A stretch of 21,191 nucleotides of DNA, taken from Candidatus Rokuibacteriota bacterium (GTDB lineage: Bacteria; Methylomirabilota; Methylomirabilia; Rokubacteriales; DASRDR01). Location of the stretch: the NCBI GenBank assembly GCA_044866005.1, contig JBIOTN010000194.1:1-21191 (forward strand), given 5' to 3'. Positions 17,955 to 21,191 of the stretch are shown here, piece after piece. The first letter of the stretch is position 1, and each line of letters begins with the position of its first letter. The notes under the pieces were generated by a model, which worked only from the letters and a program-made list of their open reading frames with translations, did not search any database and had not been told where the DNA came from. The position numbers and the translations under genes are program-made.

Positions 17955-20858
17955 TCAGCGGAGGATCTCGAACTCCACGCGGCCGGCCTCGCCCTGGGCG
18001 ACCACGCGATCCCCCCCGGTCGCGATGAAGAGCTGGCCCTTCCGCACCCCGCGGCGGACCAGCGTGTCCTGGATGGTCCGGGCTCGCGCGTCGGCGAGCT
18101 CGCGGAGGTCCTCGTCGGTGAGCTTCATCCGCTCCAGCACGTAGGCTTCCATCTCCTGGGTCGAGGGCAGCGTGTCCGTCCCGCCCCCGCCGGCGTCGTG
18201 GTAGAGCTTGACGATCGGCCCTTGCGCGACGTCCAGCTCCTTCTTGAGCGCCTCGCGGAGCCGCTCCCGCTTGAGCGGCTCGAGCTCCTGGCGCGTGGCC
18301 ACGCCGCGCAGCTCGAGCGACAGCTTCGGCTTGTCCGTGAGGAACTCGATGAGCTCGGCGAACCGCTTGGTCGCGTCCTCGTCGGGCTCGAGGGAGCCGG
18401 GCAGGAAGCCGATGGGGGTGATCCGGACCTCGCCGATCTTTCCGCCGAGCGTCAGGACCGAGCCGAAGAGCCGGAATGGCGCCGCGAGGACCTTGACGAC
18501 CGTCTGGCGTACGGCCGTCCAGATCACGCTCCCGATCTCGAAGTGGCGGCCCTCCGCGTCGCCGCTCACCGGGATCTGAAGCCGGATCTCGCCGCGCCGG
18601 TCCTCCAGGAGCGAGACGGCGAGCTCGAGCGGGATGCCCACGCGCTCGCCGAACTCGTCGCCGAGCTCCTCCCCGAGCTGGATGTGGCGGATCGTGATGG
18701 CGCTGTCGGCGTTGAAGCGGCCCCCGTCGTACCGGTACTGGACCTCGGTCGTGATGCGGCCGCGCTCGAACCGGTACCTGACGTACCGCACCGCGTACGG
18801 GTTGAGCTGTGCGAGCTCGTAGTCACGGATCGCGCCGTCGAGATTGATCCGGAGCGGCTGGGCGAACGGCGTGACCCAGCCCTGGAGCTCGAGGCTCCCC
18901 GAGTCGCCGAGGACGCCGGAGACGCGGACGTCCATGCGGTCGGCGTTCCCGGCCGTCTGGCGCACGTCGGCCTGGAGGTCGGCGAGCGTCGTGGTGAACG
19001 GCGGGTTCACCGTGGCATCGGTGAACTCGACGCGTCCCCCGGCGAGCTCGATCCGGCCGAGGGCGACCGGCGGGGGCGCCGGCGCTCCGCTCGGCGGCAC
19101 CGCAGGGTGCTCCCGCCCCGGCGTCGCGTCCGACCCGGCCCAGAGCCGCGCGATGTTCAGGTTCCCCTCGCGGTCACGCGCCACGGTCAGCGCCGCGCCG
19201 GTGAGGCGCACGCGTGCGACGCGGGCGTGGAACTCCGGGGTCAGCCTGAGCGGCGCGAGCTCGACGGTGAGCCGCTGCGCCCGCAGGAAGGGGTCGCGGG
19301 CGCCCGCCAGCGCGACGCGGAGGTCGCGGCCGCCGATGCTTCCCGTCAGCTCGAGCCGGGGCCGGCCGTCGGTCCCGGGGCTGGCCAGCGCGTCCAGCCG
19401 CGCGTCCAGCGTGCCGCCGCGGGCGCTCGTGCTCCGGAGGGCGGCGTCCGCGTACCCGCGGAAGGGCTGGATGGGGATCCCGCTGGCCGTGAGCCGGACC
19501 CGACCGGCGACCGGCGCGCCCTGGACGGTGCCGGCGAGGCGCACCTGACCCCGCTCGAGGCGCGCCTCGCCCTCGAGCCGTCCGGGCCGCGGCGCCCCTC
19601 CCAGGCCCACGTCCTGGAGCACGAGGCGGACGTCCTGCAGGACGGTGTGCACCGCCGGCGTGACCGTGGGGTCCGCGTAGTCGATCGTGCCGCCCTCCAG
19701 GACGAGCCGGCCGAGCGTGACCGAGACGGGCTGCCGGTCGGTGGCCGGCGCAGCCGCCTGCCGCGTCTCGCTCGCCCCGGTCTCGGCGGCTTGCGGCGCC
19801 GGAGGCGGGGCGGCCGTCTCTTCCGTCTTGATCAGCTTGGCGACGTTGAAGGTCCCGCCCGGGCCGCGCTCGAGCTTCACGGAAGGCTGCCGCAGCACGA
19901 CGTCGCCGAGCTCCACCCGGTTCGCCAGGAAGTCGGCGCGGATGTTCTGGCCCATCACGCCGCCCACGGTCACGAGCGGCGTGTCGTCGTCGAGCGGCAG
20001 GAAGCGGATGGGACCGGTCTCCACGTGGGCCGCCAGGCGGTTCTCGGTGGCCCGATCGCCCTGGTAGGCGAGGCGATAGCGCACCTCGCCGTCCACCGAG
20101 CTCCCGCGGAAGTCCATGCGGGCGGCCAGCGGCAGGTAGCCCTTGAGGACCCCGGGGTCGAGCTTCTCCATCCGGGCCGTCAGCTCGACGCCGGCCGGCT
20201 GGCCGAAGGGGTTCGTGGCGCCGGTGACGACGAGCGCGCCCTGACCGATGCCGACGCGCAGCTCGAAGGAGGTCGGCGTGAGGCGGAATTGCGGCAGGGT
20301 GGACAGCTGTCCCGCCGTGAGCGAGATCCCCGTGAACGTCCGCTCGAACGCCGGCGTCTGGGTCCGGTCCACGAAGGCCAGCGTGCCGCCGCGAATCTGG
20401 ATCTGCTCGACGGTCACGCTCGCGGCCCCGCCGCCCTCCCGCGGTCGCATCGCCTGGATGACGTTCACGCTCTCCGGACCGGTCCGCTCGATGAAGACCT
20501 TCGGCTCGTTGAAGGCGAGGTAGTGGAGGACCACGGCGCCGCGGAGGAGCCCGCGATAGGACAGCTCGAGGTCGAGGGCGGGCAGCGCCACGATGGACGG
20601 GCCGCCGGCCAACCCGTGGATCACGATGTTCGACGCGCGCGCGCGGCCGGTCAGGAGGTTGACGTTCACCTTCCCGATTTCGACCGGAACCGTCACCATG
20701 GCCTCGAGCTTGCTCACCGCGGCCCGGCGGACGAGGACCGGCAGCACCACCACGCTCAGCAGGACGAGGATCAGGACGGCGGCCGTCGTGACCGCGCCGC
20801 CGACGATCAGGAGCCGGCGGGAGGGGCGGAATCGAAGGCGTCCGAGGCGATCTCGCAT
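17955..20858 (-). CDS. DUF748 domain-containing (AsmA-like) envelope protein with C-terminal OmpA-like region
   Basis: N-terminal TM anchor; three beta-rich modules (GGTLAFVDRT.TP, GGTIDYADPTVTP, GGRVEFTDATVNPPF); LNPYAVRYV.Y.FERG, IPLELAVSLLEDRRGEI.L.IPVSG, APFRLFG; C-terminal F.PGS..L...LA.ARA..RVEF. ATG 20858 preceded by GGAAGGGG. Confidence 0.85.
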   Translation of the reverse strand: MRDRLGRLRFRPSRRLLIVGGAVTTAAVLILVLLSVVVLPVLVRRAAVSKLEAMVTVPVEIGKVNVNLLTGRARASNIVIHGLAGGPSIVALPALDLELSYRGLLRGAVVLHYLAFNEPKVFIERTGPESVNVIQAMRPREGGGAASVTVEQIQIRGGTLAFVDRTQTPAFERTFTGISLTAGQLSTLPQFRLTPTSFELRVGIGQGALVVTGATNPFGQPAGVELTARMEKLDPGVLKGYLPLAARMDFRGSSVDGEVRYRLAYQGDRATENRLAAHVETGPIRFLPLDDDTPLVTVGGVMGQNIRADFLANRVELGDVVLRQPSVKLERGPGGTFNVAKLIKTEETAAPPPAPQAAETGASETRQAAAPATDRQPVSVTLGRLVLEGGTIDYADPTVTPAVHTVLQDVRLVLQDVGLGGAPRPGRLEGEARLERGQVRLAGTVQGAPVAGRVRLTASGIPIQPFRGYADAALRSTSARGGTLDARLDALASPGTDGRPRLELTGSIGGRDLRVALAGARDPFLRAQRLTVELAPLRLTPEFHARVARVRLTGAALTVARDREGNLNIARLWAGSDATPGREHPAVPPSGAPAPPPVALGRIELAGGRVEFTDATVNPPFTTTLADLQADVRQTAGNADRMDVRVSGVLGDSGSLELQGWVTPFAQPLRINLDGAIRDYELAQLNPYAVRYVRYRFERGRITTEVQYRYDGGRFNADSAITIRHIQLGEELGDEFGERVGIPLELAVSLLEDRRGEIRLQIPVSGDAEGRHFEIGSVIWTAVRQTVVKVLAAPFRLFGSVLTLGGKIGEVRITPIGFLPGSLEPDEDATKRFAELIEFLTDKPKLSLELRGVATRQELEPLKRERLREALKKELDVAQGPIVKLYHDAGGGGTDTLPSTQEMEAYVLERMKLTDEDLRELADARARTIQDTLVRRGVRKGQLFIATGGDRVVAQGEAGRVEFEILR

Positions 20859-20878
20859 GGCCGGTACCCCTTCCCGGA

Positions 20879-20895
20879 AGCAAACCGCCGGCCAG
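20879..20895 (-). promoter_or_regulatory. Candidate sigma54 (-24/-12) promoter upstream of the DUF748 gene
   Basis: Minus strand CTGGCCGGCGGTTTGCT matches YTGGCACGNNNNTTGCW with exact GG-N10-GC spacing; 20 nt upstream of the ATG. Confidence 0.4.
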
Positions 20896-21086
20896 GCCAC
20901 GTGACCAGGCGGCGCGCACGGGCGCGGATCGAACCCGCGGCCGGGTGCTCTCCGGCGAAACGGCTAAGGGTCGCGGCCGCCGGGGCGGGCAGCCGGGTAG
21001 TGATGAGGGGGCGACGCTCCGCCGCCAGCCGGACGTTCGGGCGGGGGCGAGGGGCGGCCGGGTGGCCGGGTCCGGGCCGGCCGGGG

Positions 21087-21191
21087 TCAGCGGGCGGTGT
21101 GGCTCCGGGCGGTCTCCACCAGGCGCGCGAAGGCCGCGGGATCGGTCACCGCGAGTTCGGCGAGGATCTTTCGATCGAGCGGGATGCCCGC
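21087..21191 (-). CDS. rplT: 50S ribosomal protein L20, C-terminal end (5' truncated by window edge)
   Basis: Manual translation AGIPLDRKILAELAVTDPAAFARLVETARSHTAR-stop, the L20 C-terminal signature (I.LDRK.LA.LAV.D..AF..LV); expected upstream of pheS. Not in the ORF track. Confidence 0.95.
   Translation of the reverse strand, partial: AGIPLDRKILAELAVTDPAAFARLVETARSHTAR

Noticed and set aside
20913..20975. Minus-strand GCGGGTTCGATCCGCG, like a tRNA T-arm
   Set aside because: No anticodon arm, acceptor stem or CCA can be built around it; most likely a chance hairpin.
20950..21002. Plus-strand GGCTAAGGG...GGCAGCCGGGT resembling the P2 arm of a c-di-GMP-I riboswitch
   Set aside because: No proper P1 stem with GAAA tetraloop or GCAAA junction, and it is on the wrong strand for the downstream gene.
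21054..21086. CCGGG iterations just after the rplT stop
   Set aside because: Low-complexity GC sequence with no U-tract or regular period.

Overview
Very GC-rich (>70% by eye) bacterial chromosomal segment. The intergenic hairpin repeats and the gene order resemble Candidatus Rokubacteria/Methylomirabilota, but this is inference only. Almost everything is encoded on the minus strand, in transcription order: rplT (3' end), DUF748/AsmA-like protein, TMTC-like GT-C/TPR protein, MarC, pheS, pheT, zapB-like, zapA, 6S RNA, rny, YmdB/TIGR00282 phosphoesterase, folD, xseA, xseB, ispA, eno, ftsB, a GT2 glycosyltransferase and initiator tRNA-fMet. Downstream of the tRNA (left end of the window) are a perfect 16-bp inverted repeat, phased GGGCAC repeats resembling integrase arm sites, and the 3' half of an IS1380-family element, which suggests the edge of a tRNA-targeted island. 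The core is ordinary housekeeping. The points worth follow-up are: a three-gene envelope/glycosylation insertion between rplT and pheS; a modular family of REP-like multi-hairpin repeats just after stop codons; a MITE-like element next to the 6S RNA; three consecutive SD-less genes with a -10 box exactly 10 nt before the ATG; and a QxxRW-type GT2 placed behind eno-ftsB. No clearly new system can be proven from the sequence alone.
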